Shown: positions 1 through 13,399, numbered from the stretch's first letter. The stretch: DNA of 57,757 bases from Octopus sinensis (GCF_006345805.1 NW_021833597.1:1-57757); one strand, 5' to 3'. The notes: generated from the sequence alone by a model not told the origin. A program made the numbers and translations.

Positions 1-569
1 ATATGTTGTGTGTGCGCGTATATATATATATCCATTCACACACACACACGCATATATATATATATATATATATACAAGAAATTAAGGACGGAAAATGCTA
101 CGTGCAGCTGTAAATTTCTTTCATAAACAACGAAAACTAGAAACAATAAAAAATAAAAGACAAAAATACATAAAAATGAGAATTTTTGTTTCAACTTCAA
201 AAATCTTGCCTTAATTTTCAAAATTTCGAACCCATTTTCCCGCGCTTAAATTACAAATCCCCTTCAAATTTACCATGTTGAGAATTTGATTGAAATCGGG
301 CAAAAGGTGTTCAATCTAGATCCCCAAGTGTCACCACAGATCAATAAAATCCCCGTTTTCACACCAAAGCACCCACATTAGCGCCCCAAAAGGTCTTCCA
401 ATCAATTTCTCACCTCAAGTTACCCCCTCCTGTAAATTTTAATCCCCTTCCAGCCCCATTTAGACCCCTTTCTACATAAAAATCCAATTTGTATCAACGT
501 TCGCCTTCTTCAGTTTATAGATTACACAACTCACCACATGGGGATATTCAAATTCCTCCCCTTATTACT

Positions 570-603
<34 letters not shown>

Positions 604-1230
604 ATCACGTGATCACGTGACCGACCAGACCATCAGATGTTGCTACACATCGCCGGTCACAATGCGTTCGCATTGTTTTAGCTTTCGAACGACGCCACCC
701 CGCTGGCTAAGCGTGCAGGCTTATATATATATATATATATATTATAAATATATATATAACCCATTAGATTGAAATAAGATGTGATCTCACAACCGCTGGA
801 TATTATCTTGGAATTTACTTTTTACAAATCTTTAGTTTTTTTTTGTTATTTTATTTTACTTTTTACTTGTTTAATTTTTGCTATTATGGACTCTCTGATG
901 AAGCTTTGATGTTCAATTTTTGTTCAATTTTTGTACAGTCTTTGTATAATTTTTGTATGATGTGTGAACTTTGGTATGCTGTACCCCTAAAGGAGAAAAA
1001 TCTGTATGATTAGAGTTATTTTCACTCATGTATTCTTATTTATTCGTTTATATTCATATGAACGTAATTAATGAAAAAATGGATCTAGCGGATGTTTATA
1101 AGCGGATGTTTGTCAATTAATTATCTTCTCTATCTTTTCCTTGGCTAATAAATTCCGGTTAAACTTTTGTTTACCTCCACACATACCTATTATTCAATTG
1201 CACTATTGCTGTGCAACAGTAAGCATTTGG

Positions 1231-1267
<37 letters not shown>

Positions 1268-1319
1268 ATCTGTTTATGTCTACACCACCTGTCTTCGTCT
1301 TTTTTTTGTGAATTCTCCC

Positions 1320-1352
<33 letters not shown>

Positions 1353-1450
1353 ATGTATGTATGTATGTATGTAAATAAGAGTTAGAGGTTAGACAATTAT
1401 CTAAGAGATAATAAAAATATCCAATATACTACTGGATGTATACCTATACA

Positions 1451-1489
<39 letters not shown>

Positions 1490-1678
1490 ATTCACAAAAA
1501 AAAGACGAAGACAGGGTGTAGACATAAACAGATGTATTAGTATAACGCTCGGGAAGTGAAAAAGTCTTTAAAAGCCTACGCTCTTCCACAGAAAGGAACA
1601 CAGGAAGAAACAAGGAGAGAAAATAAAGAATGTGTAGTGGCTAGTGATCTATAATGGCGAATGTTTGTGTGTGTGTGC

Positions 1679-1730
<52 letters not shown>

Positions 1731-2113
1731 GTATGTATATGTATTGTTTTAGTCAAGTGATCGAGGTAAAACGCAGTTGGTCAGTCTCTGGTATAGACAA
1801 TAAAGATGACTCGATAATTGACCATAAATTATGTTAATCGATGCGTCAAATACATTTCCTTCCATCTCGTAATTAGACAGAAAATTGCATGAAGATAACA
1901 GGTAACAGAAGTTATACACCTCCATTCCGAAAGCAACAAACATTGCTTATAACGCGATAATGTTATGCGTAAATAAAAGGAATGGTGCGGAACTCGAATA
2001 CTCTAGCAGTTTCAAAAGCACCCCGTATGCCTCTTACATGGCATAATGGATATCTTGCGGCCGACCAGTTCATACAACTGCTTAGTTTAAAATAGCCTAT
2101 TGTAATGGAGTGT

Positions 2114-2496
2114 GGAGGCGCAATGGCCCAGTGGTTAGGGCAGCGGATTCGCGGTCATAGGATCGCGGTTTCGATTCCCAGACCGGGCGTGGTGATGTTT
2201 ATTGAGCGAAAACACCTAAAAGCTCCACGAGGCTCCGGCAGGGGTAGGTGGTGATCCCTGCTGTACTCTTTCACCACAACTTTCTCTCACTCTTACTTCC
2301 TTTTTCTGTTGTACCTGTATTTCAAAGGGCCGGCCTTGTCACTCTCTGTGTCACGCTGAATATCCCCGAGAACTACATTAAGGGTGCACGTGTCTGTGGA
2401 GTGCTCAGCCACGTACACGTTAATTTCACGAGCAGACTGTTCCGTTGATTCGGATCAATCGGAACCCTCATCGTCGTAACCGACGGAGTGCTTCCA
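2114..2496 (+). mobile_element. tRNA-derived SINE, family A
   Basis: A box TGGCCCAGTGG, B box GTTTCGATTCC, body ending GGAGTGCTTCCA. TSD ATTGTAATGG at 2099-2108 and 2501-2510. Confidence 0.9.
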
Positions 2497-2759
2497 TTCC
2501 ATTGTAATGGTGTATACAAAACGAGTCCAAGCTAGCAGAAATAATCAAAAACATGGGGGGGGGTGGAAATGGTGTGCCTAATCAGCGATTACCTTAGCGA
2601 GATAAATAGTGTGGGGTTTCATTTTGACAGCATGCTGAAATTAATGTAATGGCTGCAGTAGATTATAATCTCGGCAATGTAAATTTAGCGTCAACAATAA
2701 TGGGCAGCCGGTGCACACGAAACCCGTGATATTTATTGCTTAGGACAGATAGGTATGAG

Positions 2760-3126
2760 TGGAAGCACTCCGTCGTTTACGACGACGAGGGTTCCGGTTG
2801 ATCCGAATCAACGGAACAGCCTGCTCGTGAAATTAACGTGTAAGTGGCTGAGCACTCCACAGACACGTGCACCCTTATCTCGGGGATATTCAGCACGACA
2901 CAGAGTGTGACAAGGCCGGCCCCTTGAAATACAGGTACAACAGAAACAGGAAGTAAGAGTGAGAGAAAGTTGTGGTGAAAGAGTACAGCAGGAATCACCA
3001 CCATCCTCTGCCGGTGTTTTAGGTGTTTTCGCTCAATAAACACTCACAACGCCCGGTCTGGGAATCGAAGCCGCGATTCTATGACCACGAGTCCGCTGCC
3101 CTAGCCACTGGGCCATTGCGCCTCCA
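2760..3126 (-). mobile_element. tRNA-derived SINE, family A
   Basis: Reverse copy of 2114-2496. TSD TAGGTATGAGT at 2750-2760 and 3130-3140. Confidence 0.9.
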
Positions 3127-3459
3127 CTCTAGGTATGAGTAACAAAAGCTCATATATCGTTTATCTTTTATTTGTTTCAGTCATTTCACTGCGGCCATGC
3201 TTTGGTACCGCCCTAGGATTTTTTTTTATTAAGCCTATTTATTCTATCGGACCCTTTTTCCGAACCGCTAATTTACGAGGTGGCAAACCCAACCACTACG
3301 GTTGTGAAGCGCGTGGCAAACACACACGCGCGTACACACACAGAGACACACACACGCGCCTACATATATATATACACACATATATATGTATGTATCTATG
3401 CATGCATGTATATATATATAGTAGGTACTGCAAATTCAGGTTGAATATATATATATATA

Positions 3460-3554
<95 letters not shown>

Positions 3555-4286
3555 TATATATATATATGCATATACAAAGGCCCACCCCTAAAAAAATTTT
3601 CACCTCATACATACTTTGCCAGGTTTAGAAAATATTGTCTAAAAACTGATCTGGAAAAAGTTGCTTGAAGTTAGCTTTTTTGTCAAAACAAGAACAAAGG
3701 ACAAAAATAAACAAATAAATAAATAGAATGTCCAATATGTTTACTAATGAAGCTGGTCATAAAAATTCCCAAGGGTATTCTGTACAATGAAAAGCCTTTC
3801 ACTGTCCAGCTATCCACATTCTTCATTTTCTTGGAATACTACAACTGACACATCATCATCATCATCATCATCAGTGCCAAAATATTCTACTTCTACAACC
3901 ATAAACTCTTACTACAATCAGGCCTTCTTCCCACCACTGTTCACCTCAATTTCAGTGTATACCTCTCAGCTCCATGATTAATCTGCCAACTGTAAAGAAA
4001 GTAAGATCTATAAACTCATGATACCCCAAAATATGCCAGTTTTCTCAATAGAAGAGACTATGCCTAGGCAGCAACTGCAATTTTACTCTCATTTACCTGG
4101 GACAAAACACGCGGTTCGTACAAGCACCACCAGCCAACACCAAAACACACATCTTACGCCATCGCCTCCCTCCCCTTGCACTTGTATGTGCTTTTTTAAA
4201 TTGCTGCCTTCTCTGCAATTTTAAAACCAATTTGTCTATTTCACTGTGTGTGTATGTATACATACATACATATATAAATATACATA

Positions 4287-4671
4287 TGGAAGCACTCCGT
4301 CGGTTACGACGACGAAGGTTCCGGTTGATCCGAATCAACGGAACAGCCTGCTCGTGAAATTAACGTGCAAGTAGCTGAGCACTCCACAGACACGGGTACC
4401 CTTAACGTAGTTCTCGGGGATATTCTGCGTGGCACAGAGAGTGACAGGGCCGGACCTTTGAAATACAGGTACAACAGAAACAGGAAGTAAGAGTGAGAGA
4501 AAGTAGTGGTGAAAGAGTACAGCAGGGATCACCACCATCCCCTGCCGGAGCCTCGTGGAGCTTTTAGGTGTTTTCGCTCAATAAACACTCACAACGCCCG
4601 GTCTGGGAATCGAAACCGCGATCCTACGACCGCGAGTCCGCTGCCCTAACCACTGGGCCATTGCGCCTCCA
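4287..4671 (-). mobile_element. tRNA-derived SINE, family A
   Basis: Full-length reverse copy. Confidence 0.9.
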
Positions 4672-4825
4672 CGAAATATAAAATACATACACTCACACAA
4701 ACACAGTGTAATACTCATCAACTTCGGAATCCCTACTGAGTTCTAACTTCTTTCAAACCACACCCTTTCACAAAGGCCTTACTGCCTTTCCATTCTCTCA
4801 TTTCAATTTCAAAGTTTTATGTGTG

Positions 4826-4997
4826 ACTGAATCGTTAGAAATCTGGACAAAATGCTTAGCGGTACTCTGCTGAGGTCGACTTTGCCTTTCATCCTTTAGA
4901 AATCGATAAATTAAGTACCTGTTACGCACTTGAGTCGATGTAATTGACTAGTCCCGTCCCCCAAAATTTCAGGCCTTATGCCTTTAGTAGAAAGAAT
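4826..4997 (+). mobile_element. Family B SINE, partial
   Basis: GAGGTCGACTTTGCCTTTCATCC..ATAAATTAAGTACC core. Confidence 0.75.
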
Positions 4998-5278
4998 ATG
5001 GGACCATAATATTCCTCCTTCAGTAATCGCAACTCAAATTCCTCCCACTTCTACGAACAACTACATTTCTGTCAAAATATTCTCATTTATTTAGTTATTT
5101 TTTTCTTTTCTTTAGACTACGCTCTCTTTTCTCTTCCCGTATGTTTCTATCTCCCTAATCTTTTCTCTGTCCTCATAACCACACTACCAATCTACTTTCC
5201 ATCCTTTTTCTCTCTCTATCCTTTTCTATCTCTCGTTCTCTCTTGTCTGTCTGTTTGTCTCTCTCACTCACTTTCTCT

Positions 5279-5336
<58 letters not shown>

Positions 5337-5756
5337 TTTTATTCCCACCCCCTTATAGACATTTTACACCTTTCTGGCCACGTCCTCTCCTTATCTAGAA
5401 GGCAACATGAATTGTGCCAGCCACATATAAAGAGTGAATTCTACCAAATGGTTCATATTCTGATACTTCTTAACCGAGGAAGATTTTTCGTTAAAGATGA
5501 AGCTCTCTTTCTGTTTTATTCATTGCAGGATTATCCGAAACATACTTATTAAATGCATTGAAAATATCATTACTTGCTTTGAGTTCATCATTATACATTA
5601 TACAGTCCTATGTCAGAACAAGCTAGCCAGTCTTAGTTCTATCCACATAGGTACAATAACAGAAATTTCGAATGGTTTGTTCTACATGAATTGAGTCAGA
5701 GATTCTGATGTTGTGCTTCGCTTCTAAACTGAACACATTATATATACTTATTTATA

Positions 5757-6174
5757 AGGCGGTGAGCTGGCAGAAAAGTTAGCACGCCGGGCGAGATGCG
5801 TAGCCGTATTTCGTCTGCCGTTACGTTCTGAGTTCAAATTCCGCCGAGGTCGACTTTGCCTTTCATACTTTCGGGGTCGATAAACTAAGTACCAGTTACA
5901 TCACCGGGGTCGATATAATCGACTTAATCCGTTTATCTGTCCTTGTTTGTCCGCTCTGTGTTTAGCCCCTTGTGGGTAGTAAAGAAATAGGTATTTCGTC
6001 TGCCTCTACATTCTGAGCTCAAATTCTGCCGAGGTTCACTTTGTCTTTCATCTGTTCGGGGGTCAATAAATTAAGTACCAGTTGCGTACTGAGATTGATC
6101 TAATCGACTAGACCCCCCCCTTCAAAAAAAAAAGAAAAACAATTTCGTGCCTTGTGCCTAGAGTAGAAAAGAAT
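5757..6174 (+). mobile_element. tRNA-like SINE, family B (dimeric)
   Basis: GGCGGTGAGCTGGCAGAA..GAGTTCAAATTCCGCCGAGGTCGACTTTGCCTTTCAT..AAGTACCAGT, with the body repeated and a second tail variant. Confidence 0.88.
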
Positions 6175-7410
6175 ATATACATATTTGAAAATAAATGTAA
6201 GATGTGTTTTAAGTGCACGACACATTACCATTAGGATTAGAGCTCCATATATATGCCACATTAAACTACTGTGCACCAATATTGCATGCTTAACTAAATC
6301 TAATGATGCCTATATAGACTAAAACGCTGGCATGTATGTATGTATGCATGCATGTATGTATGCATGTATGTATAATGATGTAGATGCATCCACGAAAATG
6401 CTATAAAATGCCGGAAGTAGTTACTATGGAATTCGACGATTCTCAGCTGCAGAGATTTTCTCTCTCTCTCTCTCTTTTCTCCTTATATGTTTCTATCATT
6501 CTGATATCGCCATATTATTTGTGACATTTGCTTTTTCTGAGAGAGAAAAAAATAAATTCTTCCTAATCACCGTAATTTCTGTACTTTAATGTTTTACATC
6601 ACACTTGCTACTACTACAGCTGTGGCTATTTCTACTCCAGTTGCTACTGATGATGATGATGATGATGATGATGATGACGATGATGATGATGATGATGATG
6701 ATGATGAGGATGATGATGATGATGCTCTTGCGGTTATTGCTGATGTGGTTGCTGCTGCTGCTGAGATGATGGTGGGGGTGAAGACGAGGAGGGGAGTGGG
6801 ATGAGGAGAGGATAGGAGAACGAGGAGGAGGAGGGGGATTAGAAGGAGGAGGAGGGGGATTAGGAGGAGGACAACGATGATGATGACGATGCCAACGATG
6901 ACGACGATAACAATGACGGTGACAAGAATTAGGCGGACAACAACGACTACGATGATAATGATGACGGTGATGATGATGATGGATGATGATGATGATCAGA
7001 AACATGATAACGATGATTATGACAACGGCGTTGATAGACTTTATTTGTTTTTACAACGTTTAGTATTTGATATTTGTTATTTTTTTTATTCAATGTTTCT
7101 TCTTTTTACTCAGTAGTAGAAAAATCACAGTCGTCGATATTTAAAGTTATCAACAAAAAAAATCAATGTTGCAATGTTTTGTTTTCTTTCATAGTTATGA
7201 TTTAATGTCTTTTGAATTGGAGGTTTCGTTTAAAATAAAATTTTAATTAAACAAATTTAACATCAATACAAAACCAATCAACAAAAATGAAAGAAATTAC
7301 AACAATCCACACAATAAAAAGTGGATGTGATACCACATCAGTATAGTTTTAAAACTGTGCTAATAAATTTGTTTCAACCAATGACACAAGTAACAACAGC
7401 ACCGCTAATA

Positions 7411-7860
7411 AGGTGGGCGAAACGCTTAGCGGTATTTCGTCTGTCGTTACGTTCTGAGTTCAAATTCCGCCGAGGTCGACTTTGCCTTTCATCCTTTCGA
7501 AGTCGATTAAATAAGTACCAGTTACGTGCTGGGGTCGATATAATCGACTTAATCCGTGTGCCTGTCCTTGTTTGTCCCCTCTGTGTTTATCCCCTTGTGG
7601 GTAGTAAAGAAATAGGTATTTCGTCTGTCTTTATGTTCTGAGTTCAAATTCCACCGAGGTCGACTTTGCCTTTCATTCTTTCAGGGTCGATAAATTAAGT
7701 ACCAGTTACGCACTGAGGTCGATATAATCGACTTAATCTGTTTGTCTGTCCTTGTTTGTCCTCTCTGTGTTTAGCTCCTTGCGGGTAATAAAGAAATAGG
7801 TATTTCGTGTGTCTTAACGTTCTGAGCTCAAATTCCGCCGAGGTCGACTTTGCCTTTCAT
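7411..7860 (+). mobile_element. Family B SINE, internal unit repeated ~2.4 times
   Basis: The ~183-bp unit restarts at AGGTATTTCGT near 7615 and 7798. Confidence 0.88.
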
Positions 7861-9580
7861 TTTGTCCAACACTCTCACGATTTTACCTTTTCGCCGTATT
7901 CTCAAAAATTTGTATAATTGAATAATAACTATAAGAAGAATTGCAGAATTGTGACAACGACATCAATAATAGAATTAGGGAAGAATTGGCCGTGTCGTTC
8001 TAGAGTTGGACGAAAAGACTTGCAATATTTGTACTAACTCTCAACTTTGTGAGTTCCAATTCCACTGAGACAAATTTTGAATTTTGTTCTTCCGAGATCG
8101 ATGCAAAAGAGCGAATTTGGGATGGTGGGTTGATGGAATAGTGCCAACGTTAAACCGGTTTGCTAGCAATATTTGTTTTGGCGGCTCTTTGCATTTGAGT
8201 TCAAATCCCACCATAATCTACTACTTATATGGTGAGCTTAATCCATTGTTCTAGCTTAATAGCATGACCTGGCACCATTAATCCACCTTATCATTATGAT
8301 TCAGGCTGAGTCTCCAGTTGATGACGCACTCCTCCTTCTCCCCACCCGTCTTGAGACAGCTATACTGTCTTGGATCCCACCGTTACCTTTTAACCAAAAT
8401 AATATCACCAAGAACAATATTTCAGTTATCATGTGACCAATACTGAAGAATTAATGACGGGATCAGATTCACGTGTTCAGTAAGCACCATCAAAACTGCT
8501 ACGCAACATATTTGTGTTACATGATATACTTGTTCAAGATTCCAGGATTTAGTGTACGAAAATAATTGAAATACCAGAAGAAAATGAAACGTATCTGTAG
8601 CGGTTATTGGGTTCGTGTCATCTTTTGTAAACCTGGCGAGGAAGTGAGGAGAGAAAATCTGATAGCAGCAGGGAAAGTCATATTTTAACAGATGGAAGTT
8701 GATATCAGAGGCGGGAAAATCGGTTGTGAGGAATTTCCATGCATAGGGATGAAAAACTGGATTCTAATCAGGAAAGATTCTTAAATGTGTTGATAGAAAA
8801 GGTGGCTGCTCATAAGTAAGTTGCGTAGGATGACATGGTAAAAGAAAAAAAACGTTCTTAACAAACACGACATCTTCAACAATAGCAACAGGATTATTAT
8901 GGCTGAAGACAGTCAGAACAAAAATGTCAGCGATAACAATAACTATAGAAATGAATAAAAAGAATGATTTCCATGAGAAAATATAAATACTATAATTGGT
9001 TTGCTTTCACTGGTTTGCTTTCACTTGTAGTCTAAAAGATATAGAAAATAAAATCCATAACTGTCATGCTTTGCAAGTGAATAGGAACGAAAGTAAAACA
9101 GATTGTTCCATATTATAAAAGCATTCTTATATTTATAATACATGCAGTAGTGTTTTATAACTGCGCGTAGATCAAGCACAGATCAACCACAGATGTCAGC
9201 TCAAGAGGATTAGGAAGGAAACCGAAGGAAGATAATCGAAAGGTGACTCTGACAAATTTAGGAAACGAGATATTTCAACCATTTTGTTTGTCATGGAAAA
9301 CATCCAGATAAGAAACTTATGCAGAGATTCTACTCGATTCATTTCACATTTTATGAATTCTTGTTACGTGGTATATACACATGTATCCGTCAATATTGCG
9401 TGTGAGCATACATGCACATTTTTGTATAATGTCAATACACACAAACACACACACAGATGTGTATGCAAAGATACATAAAACCGCACATGCATACCTATGC
9501 ATATATATGTGTGTGTGTGTGTGCGCGCATAGTATATGTATTCAGGAATACATATACATCTGGCCATCTATCCATCCATC

Positions 9581-9651
<71 letters not shown>

Positions 9652-9691
9652 GTATATATATATATGTATATATATGTATATATATATATAT

Positions 9692-9726
<35 letters not shown>

Positions 9727-9737
9727 GTATAATATAT

Positions 9738-9779
<42 letters not shown>

Positions 9780-9792
9780 GCGCACAAAATAC

Positions 9793-9826
<34 letters not shown>

Positions 9827-9827
<1 letters not shown>

Positions 9828-11517
9828 CTTGTTAATGGGAAACGGAAGATGGAAGATACAAGAGTTTTTATTAATCTCTATAATCATTTCGACACATCGA
9901 ACATCGATTCCTCACGATAAGGATCCTTAGCAACTACAATGACGCAGATGTGTCCCCTCGAGTGATAAGCAGATACAACTCGTTCAAATAACATGTGAAA
10001 ATAACAGTTCCACAATGTATCTTCTCAGTTCTTGCGAAGAAAATCACCAAATTAAAGAATATAGCTTCATTTATATAGAAGGCCAATAATATCATAACAG
10101 ATGCTATTTTAATAGACACACAGTGAAGATATCGTACGGTAACTCTGTTAATTTAGAGCAGCATATGCACCGCTTGAACAATAGTAAAATGTAACAACAG
10201 CTCAATAAGCTACCTTCTGGAACTAGCAAACATATGCATCAAAGTACCAAGAAAAGATATGTAAACCGCAAGGAAAAGCAAAGATACGACCAAATCGTGA
10301 TAGTAAAAATAATTGGGATATTGGCAACACGGCAACAACTTCAAAAAAAGAAGTCAGAATTGCTATATATACAAATAAATACAATAAATGCTCATGCAGA
10401 GAAAAATCAAAATGCCCATTGATGAACCTCTGTATGAGTACAAACCTTGTATACAAATGTATCGTGCACACAAGAGGATGGCCGTATGTTTACTTTGTGA
10501 CAACGGCTGATTCAGTCAAGAATTGTTATCGCACCCATGTCTTGCTTAAAGAAAATCAATGAGACATTAAACATCTTTGGCCAATTTTTTGTGGTGACTT
10601 TAGAAAGATAAAATTAGATATAACATAACTTGGTCCATAGTTAGGCACACAAAACAATATATCTTTTCCAAGAGATGCCGACTCTGCTCCGAGAAATCCG
10701 TGTGTATTCTGTGGATCAATGAGAAGATCATTAATAGAATTTGTGAAAGACTCTCAAGATGCTTAAATACATATAAATGCACTCACACACAACGCAGGGG
10801 GTTTAAGTTTAAGTTTAAGTTTAAGTTAATTTTTTGGCTCAAAAAGCAAAAGCAAGGCCATGTAGAGGGACATGGAGTTATGTACAGGGATGGTGTTCAT
10901 GCAAAGAGTTCAGGCCATTTGAGTAACTGTTAGCATATTCCACCTTAAGGTATAGCTGAATTAAATTTAGCTTCAATCTCCCCATTCATATAAACACCAA
11001 GTAGCTATTTAACTCGCTATATGAACGTATGTGAGTCAAACCACGCGTTTATGTATGTTTATATTTTGCTGGCTGTTTGTATGAGCGAGTGAACAGACGT
11101 CATACAAGCTAAGCGAGGGCGTTTATAGATCCATATCCGTTAACAATTATATTCAATAATTTTAGCACGATATTGCATGTCGGTTTCTATTTTATTATTG
11201 ATCTTCTACATAAATGAAGCTATATCCTTTAGTTTGCTGCTTTTCCTTACCAGTACTGAGAAGATACATTGAGGAACTGTTATTGTATCTCTTTATCAGC
11301 CAAAGAGACACATCTGCACCGTCGCATGCTCCTAAGCCAGTTATTAAATACCCTACTCGTGAGGAATCGAAACAATTGTAGTGATTAATAAAAATTCTCG
11401 TATCTTCCATCTTCCGTCTCTCAGTAACCAGACCCATAACGAACACTGTGAAAATGACCGTGCTTTACTAGTAAGCTACCAGGTATAAACCCTATTAGTT
11501 TTATTATGTAGTATCTA
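9827..11517 (+). mobile_element. 5'-truncated Penelope-like retroelement (Naiad-type) with inverted pLTR, bounded by (TA)n
   Basis: Decayed ORF pieces: FNRHTVKISY (10108-10137); KCSCREKSKCPLMNLCMSTNLVYKCIV...YVYFVTT..SVKNCYRTH (frame +3 from 10386); TSLANFLW*L*KDKIRYNITWSIV..Y..KRCRLCSEK..ILW..NRICERLSRC (frame +2, 10571-10760). 9842-10090 is an inverted copy of 11194-11417. Confidence 0.85.
10386..10780 (+). pseudogene. Decayed GIY-YIG endonuclease domain of a Penelope-like element
   Basis: Contains the CxC..CPLxxxC motif, LVY and YF at the GIY/YIG positions, the KxxYxxH helix, YxIxWxI and KRCxLCxEK. Interrupted by a frameshift near 10560 and stop codons. Confidence 0.8.
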
Positions 11518-11521
11518 CTAA

Positions 11522-11559
<38 letters not shown>

Positions 11560-11917
11560 GTTTCAGTCATTTGACTGTGGCCATGCTGGAGCACCGCCTT
11601 TAGTCAAACAAATCGACCCCAGAACTTATTCTTTGCATGCCTAGTACGTGTTCTATCGGTCTGTTTTGCCGAACAGCTTAGTAACACACAACATCTGTTG
11701 TCGAGCGAAGAGGGAGGACAAACACAGACACACAAACACATACATATATATACGACAGGCTTCTTTCAGTTTTCGTCTACTAAATCCACTCCCAAGGTTT
11801 TTGTTGGCCCGAGGATATAAGTAGAAGACACTTGCTCAAGGCGCCACGCAGATGGACTGAACCCGGAACCATGTGGTTAGTTAGCAAGCTACTTATCACA
11901 CAGCCACTCCTGCACCT
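11560..11917 (-). mobile_element. tRNA-derived SINE, family C
   Basis: Minus-strand head AGGTGCAGGAGTGGCTGTG..GGTTCAGTCC, internal (TA)/(GT) microsatellite, tail GCATGGCCACAGTCAAATGACTGAAAC. Confidence 0.85.
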
Positions 11918-12369
11918 ATGTTTTTAGAGTCTTCGGAAAATAAGTTTTAATTTCCTCCAACCCAAATATTATGTCAGTTGTACTTTTATCAGTGAATCTG
12001 TTTTGAACGCCGGCTATCGCTATTGCCGAATTACTCTCCGCGTATATCTATAACTGCAACACCAATATCAACAGATATTCATGCTGATAAACATTGTAAC
12101 GCAGAAAGTCTGGCTGTACTCATACCTCTACACTTTCAGAGTAGATGTCGCATTTAAAACACACCATGAATTAATGGCCACTATCACACCCTGTCACACA
12201 GTTTCAGATGCAAGAGGCCACATTATTAGCACACAGTTACTAATATGTCAATGGTATTAACAAACTATAGCTTTCATAATCACATGCAAACAGCCAACCC
12301 CCTTCGGCTGCATTAGTTTTCAAATTATCACAACGTACAAGCCTACTTTAAAGTTTTTCATGTGTAAAT

Positions 12370-12529
12370 AGGTGTGTGTATGTCTGACGTACTTGAGTAT
12401 GTAGTATGCACGTGGGTATGTGCGAAAAGACTACAGTATGTGTGCGTGTGTATGTATGTATGCATGGTGTATGTATGTATATAGATAAACATCATATATG
12501 CATATATATATATTATATAGGTATATATG

Positions 12530-12565
<36 letters not shown>

Positions 12566-12601
12566 CATATATTTATATATACACACATGCATGCATATGT
12601 A

Positions 12602-12640
<39 letters not shown>

Positions 12641-12773
12641 TACCTATATAATATATATATATATGCATATATATCTATCTATGTACATACATACACCATG
12701 CATACATACACACATACATATATATATCTATATATACACACATGCATACATGCATATGTATATATATTATATT

Positions 12774-12808
<35 letters not shown>

Positions 12809-13345
12809 AACAAATATACAAATAGTTATTCATACACACATGCATGAATGTATGCATGTATACACGGGAATGTCTGTGGGCACGTTCTGTTTATATGTTT
12901 GAAAATCAGTTTAGTCTTCAGATATTTACCCGCCTGCCGATATGTATAATTCCAGGTGTATATATGTGCGCGTGTGTATGTGTGAGTGTAGGTATGTGTG
13001 TGTGTGTGTTTGTAAATATATGTAGCTATACATCTACTTACGTATATATGTACTATGTCGGTATGTTGGTAGGTGTATGTACACATGCATGTATATCTCG
13101 TATGTACGCATGGAAATACGTACGTATGAATCCATATATGTGTTCATGTAGGTAGGTAGGTAGGTAGGTAGGTGGGTGGGTAGTTGGGTAGGTAGGTAGG
13201 TAGGTAGGTAGGTACATAAATAGATAGGCGTGTTGTTTGGTAGGTAGGCAGATAGGTAGGTATTTACGTATGTATGATTCTATGTATAATGTATGTTATA
13301 TATATATATATGTGTGTGTGTGTATACATGTATATACATATATAT

Positions 13346-13399
<54 letters not shown>

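Noticed and set aside
895-960. CTGATGA in a TA-bounded island
   Set aside because: No downstream stem II or GAAA found; at most a relic.
1750-2100. Possible RT relic (IDNKDDSIIDH)
   Set aside because: Too degenerate to support by eye.
2114-2190. tRNA-like heads here and at 27826 and other sites as tRNA genes
   Set aside because: They continue into SINE bodies with TSDs and lack a complete cloverleaf.
7411-7860. Regularly recurring units resembling a CRISPR array
   Set aside because: These are tandem SINE body units with no unique spacers and no cas genes, in a eukaryotic context.
8270-8460. Possible RTE-like 3' relic on the minus strand
   Set aside because: Only loose motif resemblance with many stops.
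9381-9920. Long YI, HT, VC and LS-repeat ORFs here and throughout the window
   Set aside because: They are translations of di- and tetranucleotide microsatellites.
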